From IMG/VR virus record IMGVR_UViG_3300036770_003943, positions 1 to 64,000 of that record: a stretch of DNA of 64,000 nucleotides. One strand, written 5' to 3'. The notes beneath the pieces are model-generated. The model made no database searches, had not been told where the DNA came from, and saw only the letters and a program-made list of their open reading frames with translations. Numbering within the stretch: position 1 is the stretch's first letter; the number at the start of each line of letters is the position of its first letter. A program made the position numbers and the translations under genes. Below are positions 35,750 to 44,729 of the stretch, piece after piece.

Positions 35750-36837
35750 TGTACAGGAAAGGTACTTTCTGGTTGTGCTAGTCGAAACTTTGAGCCATGC
35801 TTTAGATAGGTTAAAATTAAGCCGCTGGTTACTACGACTGGGTGCGCCGCAAGACTGCCAAAGTGACTTAAAAATTGCTCTTTCAATCTAATATGAACTT
35901 TCTCACTTTGACCATATACGTTAGTAAGTATGTTTCCAAATTCTAAATCAAAGTCACGTGATAACATTTGACCTGTTTGTAATTCTGTCTGTTGATAGAG
36001 CCTTGCCATGGCCAACATCATAATACCACGTACTTCTTCCATGGGCCAAGTATCCCGATGAAACTTTAAGCTACGAGCAAGATATACACCTTTAATTCCA
36101 CTGCTAGCTTGAACTAGATCATAAGCACCATACAAATGTTCAATGTGACTGATATCACCGGCCTTATCACTGGTTCTCTTAATCTGACAGTGGTTACTGT
36201 CTACAATGTTTTGAATAATAACAGGTTCGGTTATTCCGCATTCAACTGAAACCATGTGTGCGTCATAATTACCACAAATTCGTTTACCAAATCTATTAAT
36301 AGTCAAAAAGCTGCGACCGGCTTTAAGTATAAGAATCTTCTCAGCTTCTTCTAAACTATGTTCATCATCAACGTCAGCTTCAGTATACCATATAGGCAAG
36401 TGACTCCATCCTTGCCGTTCGCATTCTGCCCTAGTATGACTTCCATCCCATAACAGAAAAGTTTCGCTTTTAGGATCTTTAATAGCACATGGAACAATAA
36501 TCATGTCTGGTTCAAACATACCTTCGATCTTAGCTACATGATTGGGACTTAGATCACGTTGAAATATTGGATTAATTCCAACTGAATCCATATGAGCCCA
36601 AGTAAATTTAGGTATATTTAAATTTCTAGGATCTACACTACAGCGAGGTTTTGGCGGAGGACCCAAAACTGCGTCTATTACTTCATTTATATCTTTACTG
36701 GGTATAATCCCGGAACTATAATTTTTGGCCATTTCTCTTAAATCAATGGCCGCATCTTCGACATCAAAGGGTATTGAGAATTTACTCAGAACGTCCGTGA
36801 TACGCTGCTCTTTTTGTTTGGTTTTGCTAAGTTTCAT
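35746..36837 (-). CDS. ParB/Sulfiredoxin-like (DGQH-type) domain protein
   Basis: INP.FQRDL....V.KI...F, FLLWDGSHT. Confidence 0.65.
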   Translation of the reverse strand: MKLSKTKQKEQRITDVLSKFSIPFDVEDAAIDLREMAKNYSSGIIPSKDINEVIDAVLGPPPKPRCSVDPRNLNIPKFTWAHMDSVGINPIFQRDLSPNHVAKIEGMFEPDMIIVPCAIKDPKSETFLLWDGSHTRAECERQGWSHLPIWYTEADVDDEHSLEEAEKILILKAGRSFLTINRFGKRICGNYDAHMVSVECGITEPVIIQNIVDSNHCQIKRTSDKAGDISHIEHLYGAYDLVQASSGIKGVYLARSLKFHRDTWPMEEVRGIMMLAMARLYQQTELQTGQMLSRDFDLEFGNILTNVYGQSEKVHIRLKEQFLSHFGSLAAHPVVVTSGLILTYLKHGSKFRLAQPESTFPVQ

Positions 36838-36838
36838 A

Positions 36839-38941
36839 TTAGAATACTTTGTTAAACATTACACCAGCACCAGTAGCAGTATTACCTGCTTGCCCTGCTA
36901 CATTATATTGTCTGGCCAGGTTCACTGTCAATCTTGCGTTTTGATTATTAATCACAGTGTAACCTAATACTAGATCCAAAGGACGAATATCTGATTTCAG
37001 ATTCACAATTTCCTTAGTTACAATAGGATCCGCACTAACTGTACCATCAGCCAATTCAGTAAACTTGTAATCTGTTACTGCGCTCACAGTAGCTGAACCA
37101 TTCTTAATGGCAACCGGACTAACTAAGCTAAGACTAACTTGATCTCGAACACTATCTTTGAATACTATATTGTGATGCGCTATACCAACCTTCCAAGTCT
37201 GGCTAGTAATAGCCCCATTGAATTGGACAAGACTACCACTTAGGTTACTGACCTGCGTAACAGCCAAACCATAATGGCCAAACAAACTTGTATCACCAAA
37301 CTGTCGGGCTAGCCCTAATTGGGCATAACTAGTGCTGCTGTCACCATAGGCTAGACTACCTGCTCCGTGATTACCCAAAAAGCCTGAACGTTCAGACAAG
37401 CCTCCGAGTTGGAAACTCGCTGTAGTTGAACCCATATAGTAATCTACTTGGTTAGCTAAACCGTTATCAGACTTCATTAATTTTACTGAGTAGTCAGAGC
37501 CTGTGGGCAATACAACTTCACTATAGTTATAGGGTGTTAAGGCTAACCAAGCACTGCCGTATTGGTAAGTTTGTAGTTTATTTACAGCAGTAGCTTTAGT
37601 CAAATCAACTGCGTAATGACGCCCAATTTCATCTAAAGTCATTGTATTCTTTAATACATAACTGTTGGATAATCCTGTGTTAACTGAATTTACTGTACCT
37701 GTTCCAGCAATGCTAGAACCTGCTACTAGCCCTTGACTAGGCATGGCCATTTTTAATGTACCTGTTGGCTTAGTTGCCTGGCTGAAGTTGACTAACCCAT
37801 ATCCATAAACTTCATCAACGCCAGGGGCACCTAAATCTGTAGCAGTAGTCTTAACTAGACTGACAATCTGTGCCGCACTAAGTTGTGGCCAAACCTGTTT
37901 GATTAGTGCAACACCCCCACTGACATAGGCAGCGGCCGGACTTGTACCAGAGACATAACTTGTCACACTTCCTGGAATAATCTGGTTTGGAGTTGCGGTG
38001 GGAATATTTTCTCCTGGTGCTACTACGTAAAAATCTTTTACACTGTATTTGTCGGCACAAACTGTGCCTTGTACGTCAGAACAAAAGCCCCCAGCCCGGT
38101 TGCTAAAACTGCTAATTACATTCTTGTTATTCACACTACCTACAATCAGCATCCTGCCTCCTAACATAAGGTTACCTACTGAATCGGTTTTAGTAGCATA
38201 AGCACCCGGATATTGGCTATAAGCCAAGCCTTGGTTGCCTGCCGCGGCAACTATTACCATGGTCTTACTAGCATTGGCAAAATTTGCCAAGTCTTGGGCC
38301 GAGTTACTGTATAAGTCTGTATACGGAGCAGGAGCCTTGTATACTCCTGGAGACATTTTTATTACTCCACGCTGAAACGCAGTGTCATAAGTGGCGCCTA
38401 AACTTAGATTTGCTACAGTAGCACCGTTAGCTTCGGCCCAAGTTAATGCTTGATTGATGCCGTTTGTGCTAATACCATTAGTAACAGGAACCCATTTTTT
38501 CTGGTAATTATTCCAAACTAACCCTTGTGCGACCTGAGCCAGTAATAACTTAGCTCCAGGTGCTACGCCTACCGTTCCAATATTATCCAACTTACCTGCC
38601 GCCACTGCCGCCATCTGCGTTCCATGTGTACTCCAGCTAGCTGTGAAGAAAAGATTTGAACGAAAATTATTTGGATTAAGGCGAGTGTTTTCAGCTACAA
38701 TTTCACTAAAGTTTCTAAATCCTAATACCTGACCTCTAAGGTCATTATGAGTAATATCAAACCCACTGTCTAGTATAGCAATCTTAACACCGGTTCCAGT
38801 AATACCTCGACTCCATGCTTCTGTTACACCGGTTTGGTTTAACACCGATGTGCTTAGTGATTCTTTATTTGCCTGAGCTAGCACACTTTGACTAATTGCC
38901 AAAGCTATCGATACGCTAAGAACTTTTGCTTTAAATTTCAT
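36839..38941 (-). CDS. Secreted subtilisin-like (S8) serine protease with C-terminal beta-rich domain
   Basis: Signal peptide; AILDSG (Asp), HGTQMA (His), AAAGN, SGTS.AA..VSG (Ser); terminal Phe. Confidence 0.92.
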   Translation of the reverse strand: MKFKAKVLSVSIALAISQSVLAQANKESLSTSVLNQTGVTEAWSRGITGTGVKIAILDSGFDITHNDLRGQVLGFRNFSEIVAENTRLNPNNFRSNLFFTASWSTHGTQMAAVAAGKLDNIGTVGVAPGAKLLLAQVAQGLVWNNYQKKWVPVTNGISTNGINQALTWAEANGATVANLSLGATYDTAFQRGVIKMSPGVYKAPAPYTDLYSNSAQDLANFANASKTMVIVAAAGNQGLAYSQYPGAYATKTDSVGNLMLGGRMLIVGSVNNKNVISSFSNRAGGFCSDVQGTVCADKYSVKDFYVVAPGENIPTATPNQIIPGSVTSYVSGTSPAAAYVSGGVALIKQVWPQLSAAQIVSLVKTTATDLGAPGVDEVYGYGLVNFSQATKPTGTLKMAMPSQGLVAGSSIAGTGTVNSVNTGLSNSYVLKNTMTLDEIGRHYAVDLTKATAVNKLQTYQYGSAWLALTPYNYSEVVLPTGSDYSVKLMKSDNGLANQVDYYMGSTTASFQLGGLSERSGFLGNHGAGSLAYGDSSTSYAQLGLARQFGDTSLFGHYGLAVTQVSNLSGSLVQFNGAITSQTWKVGIAHHNIVFKDSVRDQVSLSLVSPVAIKNGSATVSAVTDYKFTELADGTVSADPIVTKEIVNLKSDIRPLDLVLGYTVINNQNARLTVNLARQYNVAGQAGNTATGAGVMFNKVF

Positions 38942-38955
38942 AAATTATCCTTAAT

Positions 38956-38976
38956 AAAAAGGGCAGTTTCCTGCCC
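38956..38976 (-). terminator. Intrinsic terminator between AAA ATPase and subtilase
   Basis: GGGCAG-GAAA-CTGCCC followed by TTTTT. Confidence 0.75.
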
Positions 38977-38982
38977 ATAAAA

Positions 38983-40062
38983 CTATGCTTCCTTACGCTT
39001 AAGGATTGTAGTTTCTGCGAGACGTCTCCAATTGCTAGGACTAAGTTTACGTAAGTCCGCAATCTTAAGCACTGTACGCAAACTGAGTTCACGCAAGCGA
39101 CTACGCTCTGTCCAAACAAAGTCAACAATTTCCTGATCTGCACCATCTTCAAAATTGTACGAGTTCAACATGCCATCACGCACAATCTGCTTGATACGCA
39201 AAAACTTGTCACGCATAGTGTCAAGTGTAAGATCCAGATAGTGACAACGACTTTCTAATGCGTCCAAATGGTCCTTGAGTTTCTTGCTACGAACATGCTC
39301 AAACTTAATGTTAGTAATAAAAATCACACTACCTTTGAACTCAAACTTGTCGGGCACACCTTCACGACGCAACATGCTGGAGTCTGTGTTCCAACTAATG
39401 GTACGCTTCTTGCTTGAATCCAATGCTGCCTTGAGGATGTTAAGTGACAAGTCGTCAAGCAAAATGCTGTCGCAGTCATCAAACACTAGAACATTGTTTT
39501 TGTCTGCGTATTGAAACAACTTGCAGTAGAGTCCAATAGCACTCATAGCACCTTTGACTACTTCAAAGCGATTTTTACGCTGAGCCATTTTGTCAAAGAG
39601 GCTGGCCTGTTCAAGTACCTTCTCAACACCAAAACTCTTGCCAACTCCTGGGGGACCTGACACAATCATTGCACGAACGGCACCTGTAGTTGCACCTTCT
39701 GCCATTTCATCTAGAATGTCAAAACGCTCACGAATTCGTTCAATCGCTTGTTCTTCTGTTTCTGTATATGTTGCGGGTTCGACTGCCTTGAGCATTTGAA
39801 AGACATTATCGTCTTCTTTGTTAGCACGATTGCGTTCACTGTCTGACATGTCTACGATACTTTGTCCGCTCAACGTAATATCCTCACGTGAATTAATTTT
39901 GATTTTGACTTCTGCTGGGAAGCCAGGAAAGTTTCCTTCGTTAGCTACCTTAATAACAAAGCCACCTTTTGCGCTATCTTTGATATCGCCAAGTAAGCGA
40001 AAAGTTTGACCACGAACATCTATGTTACGATAACTGCCACGAAGAACGGTAACTTGAGCCAT
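38983..40062 (-). CDS. AAA+ ATPase
   Basis: GPPGVGKS Walker A, VLVFDDCD Walker B, VIFITN sensor 1, LESRC arginine finger. Confidence 0.88.
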   Translation of the reverse strand: MAQVTVLRGSYRNIDVRGQTFRLLGDIKDSAKGGFVIKVANEGNFPGFPAEVKIKINSREDITLSGQSIVDMSDSERNRANKEDDNVFQMLKAVEPATYTETEEQAIERIRERFDILDEMAEGATTGAVRAMIVSGPPGVGKSFGVEKVLEQASLFDKMAQRKNRFEVVKGAMSAIGLYCKLFQYADKNNVLVFDDCDSILLDDLSLNILKAALDSSKKRTISWNTDSSMLRREGVPDKFEFKGSVIFITNIKFEHVRSKKLKDHLDALESRCHYLDLTLDTMRDKFLRIKQIVRDGMLNSYNFEDGADQEIVDFVWTERSRLRELSLRTVLKIADLRKLSPSNWRRLAETTILKRKEA

Positions 40063-40125
40063 TTTCAAAACTCCTGTTTTGTTTAACTATAGAGCTAGTA
40101 TAACACTCTAGCCAATTTGTGTCAA

Positions 40126-40323
40126 TTAAACTACCAATTCATCGCTGTCAACGAGCACACGAGTTGTGGGCTCTGACCTCCAACGGAGTTGGACGGGCTT
40201 GTCCAGGACAACTGTATACTGGACCTTACCACCGTATTTTACACGACTGGATTCAACCAGGCCCGAAACTGTATTACCATGGTAGTTAGCAGTAACTTGC
40301 TCGCCGTCTTTGATCCAACCCAT
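40126..40323 (-). CDS. Small early protein (SH3-like beta fold)
   Basis: Own promoter and AAGGAG RBS. Confidence 0.8.
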   Translation of the reverse strand: MGWIKDGEQVTANYHGNTVSGLVESSRVKYGGKVQYTVVLDKPVQLRWRSEPTTRVLVDSDELVV

Positions 40324-40400
40324 TTAGTGCTCCTTGTTGCTGTCTATGTGTATATTATAACAAATCGGCTAATTCTGGTCAACCAAAATCTGTGTTGTTT

Positions 40401-40610
40401 TTACGCCACAAAATCAAAGATGTAGCCATAGGAGCCATCTGGGCTGATCTGAACCTTGCCCACGCCGTAGTCCTTGCTCAACCGGTGAAACACCTTGCGG
40501 GCTTCAGCTTCGGTGCAAACCACTGACAGCGAACCACAAAAGAAACTAGCCGCATTGTCCTGCTTGAGCACCTTAGCGACCTTGTCCAACACCACTGCTT
40601 CAAATCCCAT
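40401..40610 (-). CDS. Small early protein
   Basis: ATG at 40610 after AAGGAG; own promoter. Confidence 0.8.
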   Translation of the reverse strand: MGFEAVVLDKVAKVLKQDNAASFFCGSLSVVCTEAEARKVFHRLSKDYGVGKVQISPDGSYGYIFDFVA

Positions 40611-40669
40611 TTGCTGCTCCTTGTTATTTACTATACCTACAGTATACAATCTTGTCCAATTTGTGTCAA

Positions 40670-40891
40670 TTAAAGTGACACGCAGTGCCAGCCTTCACGC
40701 TCAATTTTACGACGTGCTTCTAACATAGTCTGGCGCAATTTTGCCACTTCTGGAGTAAACGGTGCTGCGAGTCCACCCAATTGCTGTAATTTAAGCAGAG
40801 CAGCATCACGACGCTGATAGGTCTTGACAGCAATCTCAGGCACTAAAAACTTACGATTTGATAACGCTGGGCTGGTATAAACTACTTTCAT
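40670..40891 (-). CDS. Small basic early protein
   Basis: ATG at 40891 after AAGGAG; own promoter. Confidence 0.8.
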   Translation of the reverse strand: MKVVYTSPALSNRKFLVPEIAVKTYQRRDAALLKLQQLGGLAAPFTPEVAKLRQTMLEARRKIEREGWHCVSL

Positions 40892-40950
40892 CTCTTGCTC
40901 CTTGTTTTTCACTATACCTATAGTATATAACCGAGACCAATTTGTGTCAA

Positions 40951-41373
40951 TTATTCTACCGTGTAGGGACGATTCCACGTACCGATATTGACGTCAACGT
41001 ACCAGCCCACATCGAAGTAATCCGTTTGAATGTCCGAATTATCATGGTTTCCATCGTTCATAGCGGGCATCAATTCTTGTAGAAACTTGAGTGCTTTACC
41101 GCTAAAATGGTCCTGATACCAGTAGGGATTGACGTCAATAGCCTGCTTGTCACGCAGGTATTTTACTCTGTCGGGTTCCATTTGGGAGCCGTAGGGCTTG
41201 GTAGTAAGGGTGGTAATATAATTTTCTACGAAGTCAATCTTGCCGCTCTTAATTTTGAGCATGAGAGTTGAATGGTTACGTACTGACAGTGAGCCTTTTA
41301 CGCCGTATTTTTTCAATACTGCTTTGATTTTTGGGGCTAATTTTGCCTTGCGTTCTTGACTGATATAAGCCAT
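40951..41373 (-). CDS. LPD29-like (large polyvalent protein-associated) domain protein
   Basis: SD.QTDYFDVGWY motif; K...G.K.S.S....S.L N-terminus. Confidence 0.6.
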   Translation of the reverse strand: MAYISQERKAKLAPKIKAVLKKYGVKGSLSVRNHSTLMLKIKSGKIDFVENYITTLTTKPYGSQMEPDRVKYLRDKQAIDVNPYWYQDHFSGKALKFLQELMPAMNDGNHDNSDIQTDYFDVGWYVDVNIGTWNRPYTVE

Positions 41374-41382
41374 CGTCTGCTC

Positions 41383-41466
41383 CTAGAGGTACTTGAAAAT
41401 ATTGACAATTAATACTAAACTTCCTGATCCAACAATGCCTACTGTGAAGTCTTTTATGTCCTGCAT
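41383..41466 (-). CDS. 27-aa membrane peptide
   Basis: MQDIKDFTVGIVGSGSLVLIVNIFKYL; first ORF after promoter, its stop overlaps the next RBS. Confidence 0.5.
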   Translation of the reverse strand: MQDIKDFTVGIVGSGSLVLIVNIFKYL

Positions 41467-41524
41467 AACTATATCTTTATTTACACTATACCTATAGTAT
41501 ACGGATCTTCCCAATTTGTGTCAA

Positions 41525-41986
41525 TTAACCCAACGTAGTGTCTTCCATGCCTGCGACCCTAAGTTTTGTGATATTGTTAATTTGGAAGGATTTACTATCG
41601 ATGGCTTTCATAAGCCCTAAAAACTTATTTCTAACCATGGCAAATTCGTTGATTAATAGCTGCCATTCATAAACTTCTGGGTCTCCGTCAACATAGCGAT
41701 CAGCGTCTCTACTAGTTAATGCTCTATTATATGTTTCAGTATATTTCTTAAAGGTGTCACTGCGCCGACGTCTAAGTTGTATATTAAGATATTCTAATAT
41801 AGCTTCAATTTCTTGAAGTTGGTTAAACCGATGTTCGACTATGCCTGGCATTAGTCTGGCATTCATTTCTAGATTACCTTTAAGACTTGTTTCTATCCTA
41901 GCACTAAGTATCTCAGATTCGAAATAGGCAATAGCATCGGGCAATAGTTCAATATTTCCCGTTACTTTTCGATACCAGTCACTCAT
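41525..41986 (-). CDS. uvsY: Recombination mediator UvsY-like
   Basis: Helical 153 aa, Y.R.L..RD...YVDGD, next to uvsX. Confidence 0.7.
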   Translation of the reverse strand: MSDWYRKVTGNIELLPDAIAYFESEILSARIETSLKGNLEMNARLMPGIVEHRFNQLQEIEAILEYLNIQLRRRRSDTFKKYTETYNRALTSRDADRYVDGDPEVYEWQLLINEFAMVRNKFLGLMKAIDSKSFQINNITKLRVAGMEDTTLG

Positions 41987-42243
41987 TGATCATCGTAATC
42001 GTAATTATCTTCTTCGTAACTGTCTTCTTCTGCAAAATTTTCAACAGCGTACAAATCTTTAATAACGGTATCTAGAACTGCGTCTGTGCCTAACAGTTCT
42101 TCACTTACACTATCCATATCATAGTGATTTTCCAAGCTGCGAAGAAACGCATTAGCAGCATCATATCTTTCTTTTTTATCAATATAACTCTTTACACTCG
42201 CCCAAACATCAGCAATCAAATTAACTTCATCATCATGTAGCAT
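41983..42243 (-). CDS. Hypothetical acidic protein
   Basis: 86-aa ORF coupled to uvsX/uvsY. Confidence 0.75.
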   Translation of the reverse strand: MLHDDEVNLIADVWASVKSYIDKKERYDAANAFLRSLENHYDMDSVSEELLGTDAVLDTVIKDLYAVENFAEEDSYEEDNYDYDDQ

Positions 42244-43300
42244 CCACAGTCTCCTTGGTCGTGTCTGCTTTATTTACATTAGATGCTAAATCTCTTAGCA
42301 TTATGTCTGCCATTACTCGATCTAACATTTCACCAGTCCATGCTTTGCGAAATGCTTTGTCTGTGTTGCCATCTTTATAGGTATAAACGTAGCTGTTGCC
42401 TTCACGTTTAAGCTGACCTTTTTCTTCGAGCATGTCAAAAAGGCCGCTGTATGGATCCATTCCAGTGGAATAGGGAATTTTGACTTGTACACTTTCAAAA
42501 GGTTTAGCATAGCGTGTTTTCATAACTTTACAAGCAGCTCTAATTCCATTTACTTCACTAGTTTTATTGCCGTCTTCATCTTCTTTCAATTTGAGTTTTC
42601 GCATGGCAACTACAATACTACTGGCGTAAATAAAGCCTTGGCCTCCGCTAATTTTATCGTCTGGATCAAACATATCTTGACTAGCGTAGGTGTGGTTGGT
42701 AGCTACTAATCCCACATTGTGACTACCAAACATATTTACACAGTTACGTACCAGTGCGGTTAGTGCTTTGGGTTTACGACCCATATCACCTTTAAGGTCG
42801 CCTGCGTCAAACTGATTAACATCTGTAGGAGTCAGCAACATGCCTAGGCTGTCAATAATAAACAAAACTTTTGGCCGATCTGTTACAGGCAATTCTTTGT
42901 AGTCAGCAATAAACTTGCTAATGGTCTTGGCCACATCGTCAATCATGGCCATGTTAAGTTTGAGCAACTTGTCATCGGCAGTGCTGACTCCCAGGGCGTG
43001 TAACCATGCCTCGTCTAAGGCATTTTCACTGTCAACTAATACTACAAAGATACCCTGTTCTTGGGCGTGTCGCACAAGGTTGCCTGAACAGATATAACTT
43101 TTACCTGCTCCACTTTCACCAGCGAACACTGTGACCTTACCCAATGGAACTCCTTTGAAAAAGTCTCCACTGATAAGATAATTCAGTGTATAGTTGCCAG
43201 TGCTGATCCAATCTGTAGGATCGTTAAAACCAATACTAAGGCCGTCAATGGCCTTGGTTAAATCTTTTCTAAATTTGCTTACATCAAACGGGCGTGTCAT
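42233..43300 (-). CDS. uvsX: RecA-like recombinase UvsX
   Basis: STG...LN..ISG, GESGAGKS, DSE.A, IDSLG, SGG.G..YASS. Confidence 0.95.
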   Translation of the reverse strand: MTRPFDVSKFRKDLTKAIDGLSIGFNDPTDWISTGNYTLNYLISGDFFKGVPLGKVTVFAGESGAGKSYICSGNLVRHAQEQGIFVVLVDSENALDEAWLHALGVSTADDKLLKLNMAMIDDVAKTISKFIADYKELPVTDRPKVLFIIDSLGMLLTPTDVNQFDAGDLKGDMGRKPKALTALVRNCVNMFGSHNVGLVATNHTYASQDMFDPDDKISGGQGFIYASSIVVAMRKLKLKEDEDGNKTSEVNGIRAACKVMKTRYAKPFESVQVKIPYSTGMDPYSGLFDMLEEKGQLKREGNSYVYTYKDGNTDKAFRKAWTGEMLDRVMADIMLRDLASNVNKADTTKETVDAT

Positions 43301-43544
43301 TGTAGTTATCCCTTTGGTATTCCATGATCATCTTAGTCACAGGGTCTAATTCTTTGGCAAAGTAATTGGGCATGTCTTTAGACATCATTTCCAAAATATA
43401 ATCACTAGGGTAGTGTTTTAGTAAATTCCTAGCACGTTCACGTACAACCTTTGGAACTTTTGGAGTCATAAGTGGGCTAGTAAGTTCCATAAGAAACTTC
43501 CTAGTTTGAATAATATTACGATAACGTTCGTCTGGTAAAGTCAT
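43284..43544 (-). CDS. BPSL0761-like hypothetical protein
   Basis: MTLPDERY...QTR.FL..L...TP.VP..VR..AR.LLKHYP. Confidence 0.65.
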   Translation of the reverse strand: MTLPDERYRNIIQTRKFLMELTSPLMTPKVPKVVRERARNLLKHYPSDYILEMMSKDMPNYFAKELDPVTKMIMEYQRDNYNDTPV

Positions 43545-43613
43545 GCTGTCATACCTTGCTTTGCTTAATCTGCGTTTTTTCAACATTGTGGTAAGGGGCT
43601 TTCGCCCCTGTCT

Positions 43614-44597
43614 TTATTTGGCTTGCTGACGATTGCGAATCATAGCAAGAATGTCATTGACATTCTTTTTGCCTTCGGGTGTAGCCGCAGGATCTGGATC
43701 AAACGGAGGATCATCTTCTTCCTCAATCACTGGCTTGCTAGCTACTACTGTAGGCTTAGATTGAACAGGAGCACTTACTTCTGAAGTTTCAGTGTCAGTA
43801 GCACCTAAGTTTAAACCGCTAGGCTTAAAATGTTGTCCCCAGCGTTGAGGATCATATAATTCACCATCTACACTAGCTTTAAACATTTCATACATAATCT
43901 CAATTTCTTCTTTGCTAGGTTTCTTTGGCATAAAATCGTTTAGATTAAATAGACCATGTGTAGCAATACTTTGAAGTTCGACTTCGGTCAGACTGCGTTC
44001 ACGTCGAGCAAAACTGCTGGTTGTGTAATCAGCATATTGACCTTTGGTAGTTTTAGTAAGACGGAAATCGGTGCCGCTGACATAATCTGTGAATAGATGT
44101 TCCATTTCCGGATCCATTAACGCAGCCTTGACAAGATTAAAGATGCTGCTATTAATAATAAATCTACGGATTGGATTTTCTGGCACTGTTTCTTCCGCTA
44201 GTGCGCTTTGTACTACGAATCCTTGAAAAACGTAACTACGTTTTTTCCAATACTTGTTTGCTAGTTCTTTGAGACTAGCGTCCTTGTACCAAGGACGAAT
44301 CTCAGCATGGATTGGACAGGTTTCTTTCCACATCTCCACACAGGGAACTTTTACTGTAACACGACGATTCTCATCATGGCCTTTTATTCCGCCAAATTCA
44401 ATATTAATGATTTGACGTTCGCGCCATGGAAAATCATTGGTTTGATCACCGTCAGGTAAAAACCTTAATACTGTTGTTGAATTTTCGGGGATATTCCAAA
44501 AAGGAAAGATTGCGTTGTCGCCGCCGCCGGTTTTATTTCCAGCGTTTTTGCTTTCTTGCTCTAATAAACGAGCTCTAATTTCTGCCAATGTAGCCAT
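43614..44597 (-). CDS. gp32: Single-stranded DNA-binding protein (gp32-like)
   Basis: MATLAEIRARL start after GGAG; LRFLPD, PC......CP, G.DF.L.K, acidic tail. Confidence 0.9.
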   Translation of the reverse strand: MATLAEIRARLLEQESKNAGNKTGGGDNAIFPFWNIPENSTTVLRFLPDGDQTNDFPWRERQIINIEFGGIKGHDENRRVTVKVPCVEMWKETCPIHAEIRPWYKDASLKELANKYWKKRSYVFQGFVVQSALAEETVPENPIRRFIINSSIFNLVKAALMDPEMEHLFTDYVSGTDFRLTKTTKGQYADYTTSSFARRERSLTEVELQSIATHGLFNLNDFMPKKPSKEEIEIMYEMFKASVDGELYDPQRWGQHFKPSGLNLGATDTETSEVSAPVQSKPTVVASKPVIEEEDDPPFDPDPAATPEGKKNVNDILAMIRNRQQAK

Positions 44598-44690
44598 AGT
44601 TTTTCTCCATAATATGCCAGTTAAATGTGCCTGGATCATGAAACACTTGTCTCATGAACGAATTATAGCAAATTAATATCTGCTAAGTCA

Positions 44691-44715
44691 AGAGCAAGTT
44701 CACCGAACTTGCTCT
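44691..44715. promoter_or_regulatory. Perfect 11-bp inverted repeat between a late TAAATA box and the sigma70 promoter of gp32
   Basis: AGAGCAAGTTC-ACC-GAACTTGCTCT. Confidence 0.6.
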
Positions 44716-44729
44716 ATATATTTACCTTA

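Larger units (their letters stand above)
40097..41524 (-). repeat. Five repeated sigma70 early promoters; four share TTGACACAAATTGG-N9-TATACT
   Basis: -35/-10 pairs at 40120-25/40097-102, 40377-82/40354-59, 40664-69/40641-46, 40945-50/40922-27, 41519-24/41496-501; all with 17-nt spacers. Confidence 0.9.

Noticed and set aside
43594-43609. GC hairpin AGGGGC-GAAA-GCCCCT after gp32 as a terminator
   Set aside because: No U tract follows on the coding strand; it may be a stability hairpin, but termination is unsupported.
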